64,000 nt of DNA, taken from assembly GCA_044227305.1 (NCBI GenBank), contig JBGAFJ010000003.1, positions 89,667-153,666 of the forward strand. Direction: 5' to 3'. The position numbers were made by a program, and so were the translations under genes. This DNA is from Cyclobacteriaceae bacterium (GTDB taxonomy: Bacteria; Bacteroidota; Bacteroidia; Cytophagales; Cyclobacteriaceae). Positions 1-9,608 of the stretch are shown piece by piece (position 1 is the first letter of the stretch; each line of letters begins with the position of its first letter). Under the pieces are notes generated by a model that saw only the letters and a program-made list of their open reading frames with translations, searched no databases and was not told the origin of the DNA.

Positions 1-1625
1 TCCAGCTGTATATGAACTTTGGTGATACCGCTCCCGGCAGAAAGACCGGGAGGGCTAAATGAACCATCCAGAGTTCCGTCAACATTCAAGCGAGCTACAC
101 ATCCTCTTGGTATCCCATTGAACGATATGAAAGATCCGGCAATAATCAACTTGCCGTCGCTTTGAGCCGCCACTGCCACCACTAACCCCAGTGAGCCAAC
201 TCCGGGATCAAATGAAGTGTCCAGACTACCATCCGAATTCAGTATCGCTACATTCTTTCTGGGTGTATTATTGAAGGACGTAAAACCACCGGCAATGGCC
301 ATCTTCCCATCTGTCAATGGGTTGACAGCATAAACGATGTTATTAGCTCCCGTTGGCGTGTTAAATGATTGGTCAAGACTTCCATCGGTATGAAGTCGAG
401 CCAGACTATTCAGAACAGTTCCGTCATAAGACGTAAAACTGCCGCCTATGATAATTTTTCCATCAGTTTGAATACCTGTAGATTGAACTATCAGACCTGA
501 CGCACCAGTACCTGGATCAAAGGTAACATCAGCTGTTCCGTCATTGTTAAGGCGCGATACAAAATTTCTTGACAGGCCGCTAAAATTCGTGAAGGGTCCA
601 CCGACAATTACTTTTCCATCAGGCTGAAGTAAAACTGTTCTGACCTCATTGTTTCCGCCCGCTCCAGGATCAAACGAGGTATCCAGACTGCCGTCTGTAT
701 TCAGTCTGCAGATATTGTTTCGGGTTGTGGCGTTATAGGTATTGAAATTTCCGCCAATCAGAATTTTATGATCGGGTTGTATATGGAATGTTTCGACTAC
801 GCTGTTGGCTCCTGAGCCTGGATCGAAAGAGGTATCCAGACTTCCGTCAGAGTTCAACCGGGCAATTCGATTTCTGGCTGTGCCATTGTAGGTTGTGAAG
901 GATCCTGCTATGAGCACCTTTCCGTCGCCTTGCGCCAAAACGCGTTGAACAATACTACTTGCCCCACTGCCAGGGTCAAATGACATGTCAACCGAGCCAT
1001 CAGCATTCAACCGTGCTATGTAGTTTCTGGCAGTTCCATTGAAGCTGGTAAAGTACCCCCCAATTACTATTTTTCCGTCGCTTTGAACAGACACAGTTTG
1101 AATTGCGCTGTTGGCCCCCGTACCTGGGTTGAAAGCAGCATCCACGCTTCCGTCGGAGTTTAGACGAGCAATAGAACTCCTGACAGTACCATTGTAATGG
1201 TAAAAATTACCTGCTATGATGATCTTCCCATCTGCCTGAATCGCCGAAGTCCGTACAAGATCATCGGCGCCAGATCCGGAATTGAAGGTCAAATCCAGGC
1301 TACCATCTATGTTAAGGCGCGCAATTCTGTTTTTTATAATGCTATTATAGTTGGTGAATGCACCTCCAATAATGATCTTACCGTCTGTTTGCAGAGAAGT
1401 TGTGTATATCTGGTTGTCCGGGCCATCACCCTTTCCAAAACCAGCGTCGAGCGAATTGAACGTAGGGTCCACGTTGTAAAACTGGGCGACGGTTGTGCTG
1501 GCAAACACCTGCAGTACAAAAAGCAATACCGTTCCGAAATCTTTGCAAATGTTGCGTTTGCTTACATGCATCTCAGGAGCATGCTCATTCAGCTTTAGCT
1601 TAATTGAATCTGTCTTCAAAGCCAT
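1..1625 (-). CDS. Delta-60 / DUF5122-type beta-propeller repeat surface protein, 3' end outside the window
   Basis: Read manually because it is absent from the ORF track (no stop in the window). ATG at 1625, alternative ATG at 1571. Signal-like segment GTVLLFVLQVFASTTVAQ, then ~55-aa repeats such as ARLNIDGSLDLTFNSGSGADDLVRTSAIQADGKIIIAGNF. The frame at base 1 matches the start frame and the parts I translated are open. Confidence 0.85.
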   Translation of the reverse strand, partial: MALKTDSIKLKLNEHAPEMHVSKRNICKDFGTVLLFVLQVFASTTVAQFYNVDPTFNSLDAGFGKGDGPDNQIYTTSLQTDGKIIIGGAFTNYNSIIKNRIARLNIDGSLDLTFNSGSGADDLVRTSAIQADGKIIIAGNFYHYNGTVRSSIARLNSDGSVDAAFNPGTGANSAIQTVSVQSDGKIVIGGYFTSFNGTARNYIARLNADGSVDMSFDPGSGASSIVQRVLAQGDGKVLIAGSFTTYNGTARNRIARLNSDGSLDTSFDPGSGANSVVETFHIQPDHKILIGGNFNTYNATTRNNICRLNTDGSLDTSFDPGAGGNNEVRTVLLQPDGKVIVGGPFTNFSGLSRNFVSRLNNDGTADVTFDPGTGASGLIVQSTGIQTDGKIIIGGSFTSYDGTVLNSLARLHTDGSLDQSFNTPTGANNIVYAVNPLTDGKMAIAGGFTSFNNTPRKNVAILNSDGSLDTSFDPGVGSLGLVVAVAAQSDGKLIIAGSFISFNGIPRGCVARLNVDGTLDGSFSPPGLSAGSGITKVHIQL

Positions 1626-2449
1626 TTATTTATGAAATCGATTATTTAATCCTTGATGCGGCGCATACCTCATTCGACATCGTTATCACAAAACTCCACA
1701 GCAATAACTATCTCATCGGGTCCACGTGTCCGGCTGCCCGAAAACCGGAGCCGTCAACCTCAGCATCCAGGCTCCGATGAGAATTAACATATTGATTGGC
1801 TTCATGGTCCAAGTCAGTTTTTTACAAACGCAGCGGCGAGGCCGATCAACGCAAATGCGGTGTATTTCAGAAATAACATCATCTTCACTTTTACAATGTT
1901 TCTCCTGATCATATGTATTGAAATTTTAGGCAATACAATTCCCTGAAGCTGTTGCTTCTATTTTTTTTGTATTAGTGCTCGAAAAACCTAGCTACCGGGG
2001 ATTTTGACTCGTGATAAATTACCGTTCAAAAATACTTTACCGTTCCTCGTCCGCCTTGTAAAAAGGCGAACGATCTGTTCATTCATTTGGTTTACCGTTT
2101 GGTTATTCAAAGGTAGATGCCTCAAATGATCCCTCGTAGTTTAAACGTTGCGTTCTGTTATTCTTTTGTTGCACCATGGATCTTTTGTGTTTGGCATCGG
2201 TTAAGGCGAAGGGCGTGCCGGTTTGTTGGAATGGCGCAAAGAATCGATTTTCACGGTTGTTTCCTGATTGTCACAGAACACTGTACTGAAATGAAACGTC
2301 TGAGTGTTACATTTTAATACACTTTTCAAAACATCGATTCTGCAAAAAGCTCTTTTAGTGGTTTTTCCTTAGCTTCATCAGGTGGTATTGGCTTTGTAGG
2401 TTGTTGACTACTCGATTGGCACACAAGTATTAACCAATAAAGAAGAGCT

Positions 2450-4948
2450 ATGTTACTGAGCTACCTCAAACTCTCCCTCCGCCTGCTGGCGCGAAATCCC
2501 TTCTTCACGTTCATTAATGTGGCGGGACTGGCGATTGGCTTCGCTTGCTCTTTTGCGCTTTGGCAGTATGCAAGTTCTGAACTTCATACAGATCGATATC
2601 ATCCAGGCTATGATCGCATAGTAAGGATAGGCTTGAACTGGCAGTGGACCGACGACTTTAAAACCTGGGGTCATATGAAAGTCAGTTGGTTTGATTTAAA
2701 AACAGCCCGACAGATAAATAATGATTTTCCTGAAATAGAAAGTTTTGTACGCATTGTTCATCAACCGGATTTTATGAACGAGATGATGGGGCATGGGAAT
2801 CAGATCGTGCTTTCATCTGAAAAACAGGACGACGATAGAATATTCAAGGAAACGAAAGGGATTTATGCCGATCCCAACTTATTTGAATTCTTTTCGATCC
2901 CTCTTCTTTACGGAGACAAATCGAATGTGATCAAGGATCCTCATTCCATTGCTTTGTCGCAGACCATGTCACAAAAGTATTTTGGCAACATGAATCCCGT
3001 GGGGGAACTGCTGGTCTTAAACGGACTCCAAACCCTGAAAGTGACTGGTGTATTCAAAGATTTACCTAATAACACCCACCTCAATTTTAATTATGTTCTT
3101 TCCAATGGTGCCATACTCAATCGATGGAATGACTATGACTGGCCCAATAGCCAGTATTATCTCCGTTTAGCAAAGGGCACTAATCTCACCCAATTTGCAA
3201 GAAAGGTTTTAAATAAGAAGGACTTTTATTGGCGTGAGTTTTTAGCATCGATGCCCTACATAAAAGCAGAATGGTGGATCCAACCATTGGATGATATCGC
3301 GTTTAGTAACAATTACACCGGGGATTATTTTACACCCAAATCCAAGTCATTGCTGACCGTGTTTTCCGTCGTTGCATACCTTATTTTATTTATGGCCTGG
3401 GTGAACTATATCAACCTTACATTGGCCAGAACATCGAAGCGCTTGAAAGAAATTGCTACACGGAAAATATCGGGGGCTTTAGCTTTCGATTTTGTAAAGC
3501 AATTTCTTGTTGAGTCGATCCTGATCAATTTCATTGCCCTGTCACTGGCCTTCGCGGTGCTCCAGTTGCTTCGAGTTCCCGCTCAACAATTTTTGGATTT
3601 GCCACTGGGGAATATGAGCTCGCTAACGCCCACGGATATTGGGTTTTTCGCCGGGGTGGTGATGATCGGAATTTCCGTGACTGGATTGTATCCGGCATTC
3701 ATGGCGTTAAAATATAATTCAAAAAAATTACTTTCTTTCAGATCAGCCACTCGTAGTTCCAAACTAACAGGCATACTCACCGCGGCCCAATATGCCGTTG
3801 CCATTGTGTTGCTGCTCAGCATTACCATCATGTACCTCCAACTTAATTTCATTTTTTCCAAAGCATTTGGATCGGATCAGGGGTTGATCGGTATTATAGA
3901 ATCTCCGGTATTGCGCTCCAAAGATTCCGAACGACCAATGACTTACTTCAAGGATCATCTGATGTCAAAAGGCTTTACCCGGGAGACTTCACTTTCCAAT
4001 ACAATGGTTGGGGATGATAACAATCAAGGGTTTAACACCCGGAAAAATCCAAAAAGTGCGACGGTAGGATTAGAATCGAACGGAGGGGTAAGTGAAGATT
4101 TTATTCCATTTTTTGGGATCACGTTGCTGGCCGGAAGAAATTTTGTCCGTGATGATCGAGCGGATGTGGTCATTCTAAGCCGCACGGCCATTCACCGGTT
4201 TGGCTATGAACAACCGCAGGATGCAATCGGCACTACGATATGGATCCGACCAGACAATCTTGATTCGGTAGATCGCAAAGAGGTTGAGGTCATTGGTGTC
4301 ATTGAGGACTATGGTACGAAACCACTGTTCAACCTGGGCGAGGTAAGTACCGAATACCGAGGGGGTGGAATTTGTTTGACCTATCGGAATGGATTGTTTG
4401 GCAGTATAACTTCTGCAAGGTTGGCCGTAAAAATAGACCCTGGAAAAGTATTTCAAACGACGTCAGAAATAGAACAGCTTTTTGCCCAGATTTTTCCGGG
4501 GAACCCGTTTATATTTTACTTTCTGAACGATAACATCAATCGTCATTACAAGAGTGAACTAGCCAGCCGTAATCAAATTCTCTTCTTCTCTTTGCTGGCG
4601 ATTGGAGTCTCCTGTTTGGGTTTGTTGGGAATGATTTCAAACAAAGTGGTGGAGAAAACCAAGGAAATCGGCATTCGTAAGATATTGGGAGCAAAGTTGT
4701 ACCAGATTGCACGGATACTGTTGAAGACAACGTCAAAACATATTGCAGTAGCTACATTCGTTGCAATTCCTATAGCATACTATTTCGCGAAACAATATTT
4801 GGAAAAATTCTCTGAGCGTATAGTGCTGCGATGGTGGCACTTTACACTTCCTGTTTTGATTTTGGTTGCGATCATGTTGGCTACCATTGCTTCCGTGCTA
4901 TGGAAGGCCGCGAGGAGCAATCCGGTGGAAGCGCTGAAGTATGAATGA
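2450..4948 (+). CDS. MacB/FtsX-like ABC transporter permease (fused ~800-aa Bacteroidota type)
   Basis: N-terminal MLLSYLKLSLRLLARNPFFTFINVAGLAIG, two FtsX TM blocks (KEIATRKISGA, KEIGIRKILGA) and C-terminal AARSNPVEALKYE. Confidence 0.92.
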   Translation: MLLSYLKLSLRLLARNPFFTFINVAGLAIGFACSFALWQYASSELHTDRYHPGYDRIVRIGLNWQWTDDFKTWGHMKVSWFDLKTARQINNDFPEIESFVRIVHQPDFMNEMMGHGNQIVLSSEKQDDDRIFKETKGIYADPNLFEFFSIPLLYGDKSNVIKDPHSIALSQTMSQKYFGNMNPVGELLVLNGLQTLKVTGVFKDLPNNTHLNFNYVLSNGAILNRWNDYDWPNSQYYLRLAKGTNLTQFARKVLNKKDFYWREFLASMPYIKAEWWIQPLDDIAFSNNYTGDYFTPKSKSLLTVFSVVAYLILFMAWVNYINLTLARTSKRLKEIATRKISGALAFDFVKQFLVESILINFIALSLAFAVLQLLRVPAQQFLDLPLGNMSSLTPTDIGFFAGVVMIGISVTGLYPAFMALKYNSKKLLSFRSATRSSKLTGILTAAQYAVAIVLLLSITIMYLQLNFIFSKAFGSDQGLIGIIESPVLRSKDSERPMTYFKDHLMSKGFTRETSLSNTMVGDDNNQGFNTRKNPKSATVGLESNGGVSEDFIPFFGITLLAGRNFVRDDRADVVILSRTAIHRFGYEQPQDAIGTTIWIRPDNLDSVDRKEVEVIGVIEDYGTKPLFNLGEVSTEYRGGGICLTYRNGLFGSITSARLAVKIDPGKVFQTTSEIEQLFAQIFPGNPFIFYFLNDNINRHYKSELASRNQILFFSLLAIGVSCLGLLGMISNKVVEKTKEIGIRKILGAKLYQIARILLKTTSKHIAVATFVAIPIAYYFAKQYLEKFSERIVLRWWHFTLPVLILVAIMLATIASVLWKAARSNPVEALKYE

Positions 4949-5017
4949 GTTCGAGACAAGAGTTGCAAGTGTAAATTGCATAAAGTCCCAGGTATGTCCA
5001 ATTACTATCTTTAAGTA

Positions 5018-6409
5018 ATGAAAAAATACGCGGGCTCAATATTGATTGTGGACGACGATGAACACGTCTTGCTCACTTCGCGTCTGATCCTCAAAGAATA
5101 TTTTGAAAAAATCGAAACACTCAATTCTCCCAAGTCGCTGGAATCGAAACTTAAACAACAGGAGTTTGATGTTGTTCTGCTCGACATGAATTTCAAAGCG
5201 GGCATCACTTCGGGCAACGAAGGGATTTTTTGGATGAACCGCATTCGCCAAATCACACCGCTCGCGCAGGTGGTCTTGCAAACGGCTTATGGCGACATTG
5301 AGCTGGCTGTGAAGTCGATCAAAGAGGGGGCGGTGGACTTTCTGCCCAAACCTTGGGACAAGGAGAAGTTAGTTACCACGCTCATTAATGCCTACCAGCA
5401 ATCCCTGGCTCGAAAAGAGAACAGCGAACTGAAAACCAAGCAACAGGCCCTTCAACATCACTTTAATAACGATAGCCGTCCGTTCATTGCCGCCGCGCCG
5501 GCGATGGCGCCGATTTTGCGAATCATTGACCAGGTGGCGTCCACGGATGCTACCGTACTTATTCTCGGCGAAAACGGAACCGGCAAAGAATTAGTAGCTC
5601 GCGCCATTCATCAGCAATCGCGACGGGTGGAAGGTTCTTTTATCGGCGTTGACATGGGTGCCCTGGCTTCCACGCTGTTTGAATCGGAGATGTTTGGTCA
5701 TGAAAAAGGAGCGTTCACCGACGCGAAAGAAACACGGATTGGGAAATTTGAGCTGGCCAACCATGGCACCTTGTTTCTGGATGAAATGGGCAATCTCGCG
5801 GCGGAGCTGCAAGTGAAACTGCTTTCCGCATTGCAAACGAAGTCCATCTCCAAAGTTGGATCGAACAAAGTGATTCCCGTGGATGTTCGCGTGATCTGCG
5901 CAACCAATGCTCCGATCTATGACTTGGTAAAGATGGGATCGTTTCGGCAGGACTTATTCTATCGGATTAAGACCGTGGAAATTCATGTGCCACCGCTGCG
6001 CGACCGGAAAGAAGATATCCCCGCCCTTTTTGAATTTTATTTTGAGCAGTTCTGCCACCGATACCAAAAACAAATGAGTGTGAGTAAAACGGTATTGGAC
6101 GCACTCAGTCAATACCATTGGCCGGGCAATGTCCGCGAACTGCAACATGCTGTGGAGCGCGCCGTGATTTTGTGTCGCGAAGCGTCGCTTTCATTAACTG
6201 ATTTTCAATTGGTGCAAGAATATCGGGAGCCACACACATCTATCGATGACGCTACGCTTAATCTGGTAGATGTTGAGCGGGACGTCATCCGCCGGGCAAT
6301 TCACAAGCATCATAACAATCTAACCAGAGCCGCTGAAGAACTCGGTATCAGCCGCACCACCCTCTATCGGAAGTTGGAAGAATACGGTATCAGTTCTCTT
6401 GCGAAATAA
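5018..6409 (+). CDS. Sigma-54-dependent response regulator (NtrC family: REC, AAA+, Fis HTH)
   Basis: ILIVDDD and LLDMNF receiver motifs, GENGTGKE Walker A, GAFTDA loop, LFLDE, WPGNVREL and C-terminal AAEELGISRTTLYRKL. Confidence 0.95.
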   Translation: MKKYAGSILIVDDDEHVLLTSRLILKEYFEKIETLNSPKSLESKLKQQEFDVVLLDMNFKAGITSGNEGIFWMNRIRQITPLAQVVLQTAYGDIELAVKSIKEGAVDFLPKPWDKEKLVTTLINAYQQSLARKENSELKTKQQALQHHFNNDSRPFIAAAPAMAPILRIIDQVASTDATVLILGENGTGKELVARAIHQQSRRVEGSFIGVDMGALASTLFESEMFGHEKGAFTDAKETRIGKFELANHGTLFLDEMGNLAAELQVKLLSALQTKSISKVGSNKVIPVDVRVICATNAPIYDLVKMGSFRQDLFYRIKTVEIHVPPLRDRKEDIPALFEFYFEQFCHRYQKQMSVSKTVLDALSQYHWPGNVRELQHAVERAVILCREASLSLTDFQLVQEYREPHTSIDDATLNLVDVERDVIRRAIHKHHNNLTRAAEELGISRTTLYRKLEEYGISSLAK

Positions 6410-6415
6410 ATCAGC

Positions 6416-7795
6416 ATGCCAAGCGAGAACACGGTAAGTAAGAATTCAGAACGGCCAAAGCTATGGGGAAAAGTCGCCATCCGACTGCTCGCCACTTGTC
6501 TTTTTGGGTGTCTTACCGGTTTTCTCATTTTCAATTCACCCTATTGGATGAGCGGCATCTGGACGGGCGTGATCGCGGTGGGTTTGTTTATCCATACGAT
6601 GCAATTGGTTGACCGGTCAGAGCGCAAGCTTACGGCTTTTTTGCAGGCACTTCGGCAAAATGATTTTGCGATTACTTTTTCAGAAAACGGGAGAGCGGAT
6701 GATTATGATTTGCACCGGGCTTTCAATCAGCTGAATGAAGTGTTTAAAAATCTTCGCGCTGAACGCGAATCACAACATCAGTTGCTTCAGGTGGTGGTTG
6801 AACATGCCGGCGCTCCCATGATATGTTTCGACGAAGCAAACCACGAGGTCTATCTGATCAATGACTCGGCTAAGAACTTACTTCGGATTCCTTTTCTTCA
6901 AAAAGTCGGCGCGTTGGCTCGAATCGATCCGGAACTGCCAAATTTATTAAGCACAATTCAAGATGGAGAAAAAAGAACTTTTAAACTGACCCAGGACGGC
7001 AAGGTTGATTTTCTTTCCATCAATTCCCAGCATATCCGCTTTGAGGATAAGACCCTCAAGCTGGTAGCCTTATTTGATGTGACCAGCGAGTTGGCGGCAC
7101 GAGAGGCAGAGAGTTGGCACAAACTATTGCGCGTGTTAACTCATGAGATTTCCAATTCGGCCATTCCGTTGTCCACGTTGTCATCGTATATCTATCAAAA
7201 GTTAGTTTCTTCGCGGGAGCAGGCCCGCGAACTCACGGCAGAAGAGCGCGAAGATATTTTAGAAAGCCTCAAGACTATTGACCAGCGCAGCCGGTCACTC
7301 AAGGAATTTGTTCAGAATTTCAGGAGCGTCGGGCAAATTCCCGATCCTCACCTTACACAACTCTCTGTCGGGGAAGTTATTCATGATACCATTCAACTCT
7401 TCGCCAAGGACTTTGAAATGAAAAATATTCAGTTTACCCTTCGTTCTGGTGACTTTACCATTTATGCCGACAAGAATCTCACTCAACAGGTACTAATCAA
7501 TGTAATGAAGAATGCCATGGAAGCGATGAGCCACCTGAACGATGGCAAGAAAATTGAAATTGATGCCACCCCGATGGGTACACGTTTTGCGACGGTCACG
7601 ATTCGCGACACCGGAACTGGCATCGCTCCGGAGGATCTGGAACAAATCTTTATTCCTTTTTATTCCACAAAAAAAAATGGAAGTGGTATTGGCCTGAGCA
7701 TTTCACAACAAATTATGCAAAAGCAGAAAGGCGACATCACCGTACAATCCGAACCCGGCAAAGGAAGTGTATTTACGCTAAGGTTTATCTGCTAA
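6416..7795 (+). CDS. Sensor histidine kinase cognate to the upstream regulator
   Basis: Two N-terminal TM segments, LTHEISNS H-box, NVMKNA N-box, DTGTGI G1, FIPFYSTK F-box and GSGIGL G2. Starts 6 nt after the regulator. Confidence 0.93.
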   Translation: MPSENTVSKNSERPKLWGKVAIRLLATCLFGCLTGFLIFNSPYWMSGIWTGVIAVGLFIHTMQLVDRSERKLTAFLQALRQNDFAITFSENGRADDYDLHRAFNQLNEVFKNLRAERESQHQLLQVVVEHAGAPMICFDEANHEVYLINDSAKNLLRIPFLQKVGALARIDPELPNLLSTIQDGEKRTFKLTQDGKVDFLSINSQHIRFEDKTLKLVALFDVTSELAAREAESWHKLLRVLTHEISNSAIPLSTLSSYIYQKLVSSREQARELTAEEREDILESLKTIDQRSRSLKEFVQNFRSVGQIPDPHLTQLSVGEVIHDTIQLFAKDFEMKNIQFTLRSGDFTIYADKNLTQQVLINVMKNAMEAMSHLNDGKKIEIDATPMGTRFATVTIRDTGTGIAPEDLEQIFIPFYSTKKNGSGIGLSISQQIMQKQKGDITVQSEPGKGSVFTLRFIC

Positions 7796-7907
7796 GACCA
7801 AGGCTCATTGCCTGCTTCGCGCAACCCTGCATAAATCTTAGTTTTGCAGAAATCGCGTTTAGCACGTCATGCACATTGACATCTTAGCGGTCAAACGCAT
7901 GAAGCTC

Positions 7908-8387
7908 CTAAACTCCTGTTAACAATTTTACAAAGCGGTCGTGATCCCATACAATATTGAGATTCTCAATTTTTCCCTGTTCATCAAAGCGGAATATAAA
8001 GATGTGATCGTTGTCGAAGCGGAGGCCTTTTGCAGGTATGCCGCCAAAATCTTTTTTCTGGGTTCCGAAAATGGTCACCGCACACGTCACGGTGTTGTCC
8101 TTCTCGTTGAAAGTCTGCGCCTTCACCGTATTGTCAAGATCTGGGAACGCGTCCATCAGCGCTGACCATATGGCTTTTCCGGTTTCATGCAGTCTTCCCT
8201 TGCCTGCATCACCGAGTGGTACGAAGGCTACGTTGCCAGAGGCGGCGCAAAGACTCATCATCCGGTTGATGTCAAAGTCCTGATAGGCGGAAAAAAATTC
8301 AATGCAGGTCCCTTTTTTACTTAGCGCATCAAGGTCTTCGGTTTTATCCAGTGTTGGTTTCATGATTTGGTAATTTTTGTTAGCCAT
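7908..8387 (-). CDS. SnoaL-like / ester cyclase family protein
   Basis: ~150 aa NTF2-like pattern (ALMDAFPDL...FGGIPAKG...IFIFRFDEQGKIENLNIVWD). The start may be the second Met (MKPTL). Confidence 0.75.
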   Translation of the reverse strand: MANKNYQIMKPTLDKTEDLDALSKKGTCIEFFSAYQDFDINRMMSLCAASGNVAFVPLGDAGKGRLHETGKAIWSALMDAFPDLDNTVKAQTFNEKDNTVTCAVTIFGTQKKDFGGIPAKGLRFDNDHIFIFRFDEQGKIENLNIVWDHDRFVKLLTGV

Positions 8388-8436
8388 CCTGAAGGTAGCT
8401 GCGGGGAAAAAATTGTAATTGTAAAAACGCGCACGC

Positions 8437-9240
8437 TCAATCTTTACTCAGCAATCTGATCAATTCATTGTGATTTTGATGGTATTCCGAGGGGTTCAGT
8501 TTGTTGAACTCAATAAACTCTTTCACCAGGTGCGACTGATCGTGCAAGCCATGCTGTTCAATCACTTCCTGCCAATCCACTTTTTCTTTGTGGGCGATGA
8601 GGGTAGAAATGTAGGAAAAGCGAATCATGCGCGCGTATAGTTTAGGTGAAATGCCCACTTTCTCGAGAAACCTTTTTTCAAGATATCGCTTGCTCGTACC
8701 GAAACGGTCGGCCATTTGATGGACCGTCACATCGCCACGATTTTGATCTACAAAGGCAACCACATCATTGATTACGTTAAGCCTTTCTTGTGCAGAGGGA
8801 CGCCGGTCGTGCAGAAATTTCTCGAATGCAGCGTTGGTGGTCCCCGGCTCGCTGAGGAGATTCTGATGCAATATTTCTACTTGATCGTTGAGAACGAGTT
8901 TGAGGTCCATTCGGGTGTTTACGAGCATGGACATACGCAGACCGAGAAAATCATGAACTCCGCAGGGGCGAAAAACTATCCCTCGCATATGCACCGGTCC
9001 CTGGAGCACGATGTGGTAATTTGACGTGAATTGACCACAAACGAAAGCCATGGGTACCTGCTGTCGCGGACCGGCATGCTGATACGATGAGCAGGGAGCG
9101 GCCAGATTGAATACCATTGCTGCCCTTGCACTGGGCGGTGACTGTACATCTATTTCGTCTTTCGCGTGTCCGGTCCATTCGTAATAGCATTCCACCCAGG
9201 CACCTAATTCCGGGGACGGATCAAATTTTTGATACCTCAT
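8437..9240 (-). CDS. AraC-family transcriptional regulator (N-terminal DUF6597-like domain plus HTH)
   Basis: PSPELGAWVECYY N-terminus. C-terminal SKRYLEKRFLEKVGISPKLYARMIRF and DQSHLVKEFIEF HTH motifs. Confidence 0.9.
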   Translation of the reverse strand: MRYQKFDPSPELGAWVECYYEWTGHAKDEIDVQSPPSARAAMVFNLAAPCSSYQHAGPRQQVPMAFVCGQFTSNYHIVLQGPVHMRGIVFRPCGVHDFLGLRMSMLVNTRMDLKLVLNDQVEILHQNLLSEPGTTNAAFEKFLHDRRPSAQERLNVINDVVAFVDQNRGDVTVHQMADRFGTSKRYLEKRFLEKVGISPKLYARMIRFSYISTLIAHKEKVDWQEVIEQHGLHDQSHLVKEFIEFNKLNPSEYHQNHNELIRLLSKD

Positions 9241-9608
9241 GAAGTAGTAGATGAACCCGGCTTAATTTACGGTTTTCTGCGCTTATCGATACTGGTGAAA
9301 GTCAGCGGGAAATCTTCGAACACATCCACGAATTTTTTTCACGACAATCCTCGATCACTTTCACCCACGACATTCTTTTATTAAAGCAACGCTTACTTCT
9401 TTGTGCTGTTTGGTCGCATTGCCTGAATCCGGTAAATGTTTTATCTTAGATGTTATGAGTTTCCCTTATGGGTCACTCAATCCGAGGGCACGATACCGGA
9501 TGTCTTAAAGGTATCCCCCAATTTTCCAGAGTACTCCGAAGTTGTTGTCAGGCAGGGCTGTTGATCGTCCGGTTTTTTTGCAGTTAGAACTTAAATACAT
9601 CTGTCTAT

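Noticed and set aside
9327-9372. CACGA(CA) triplet upstream of the adhesin operon
   Set aside because: The motif is short and the spacing irregular (13 and 26 nt), so it is indistinguishable from chance.
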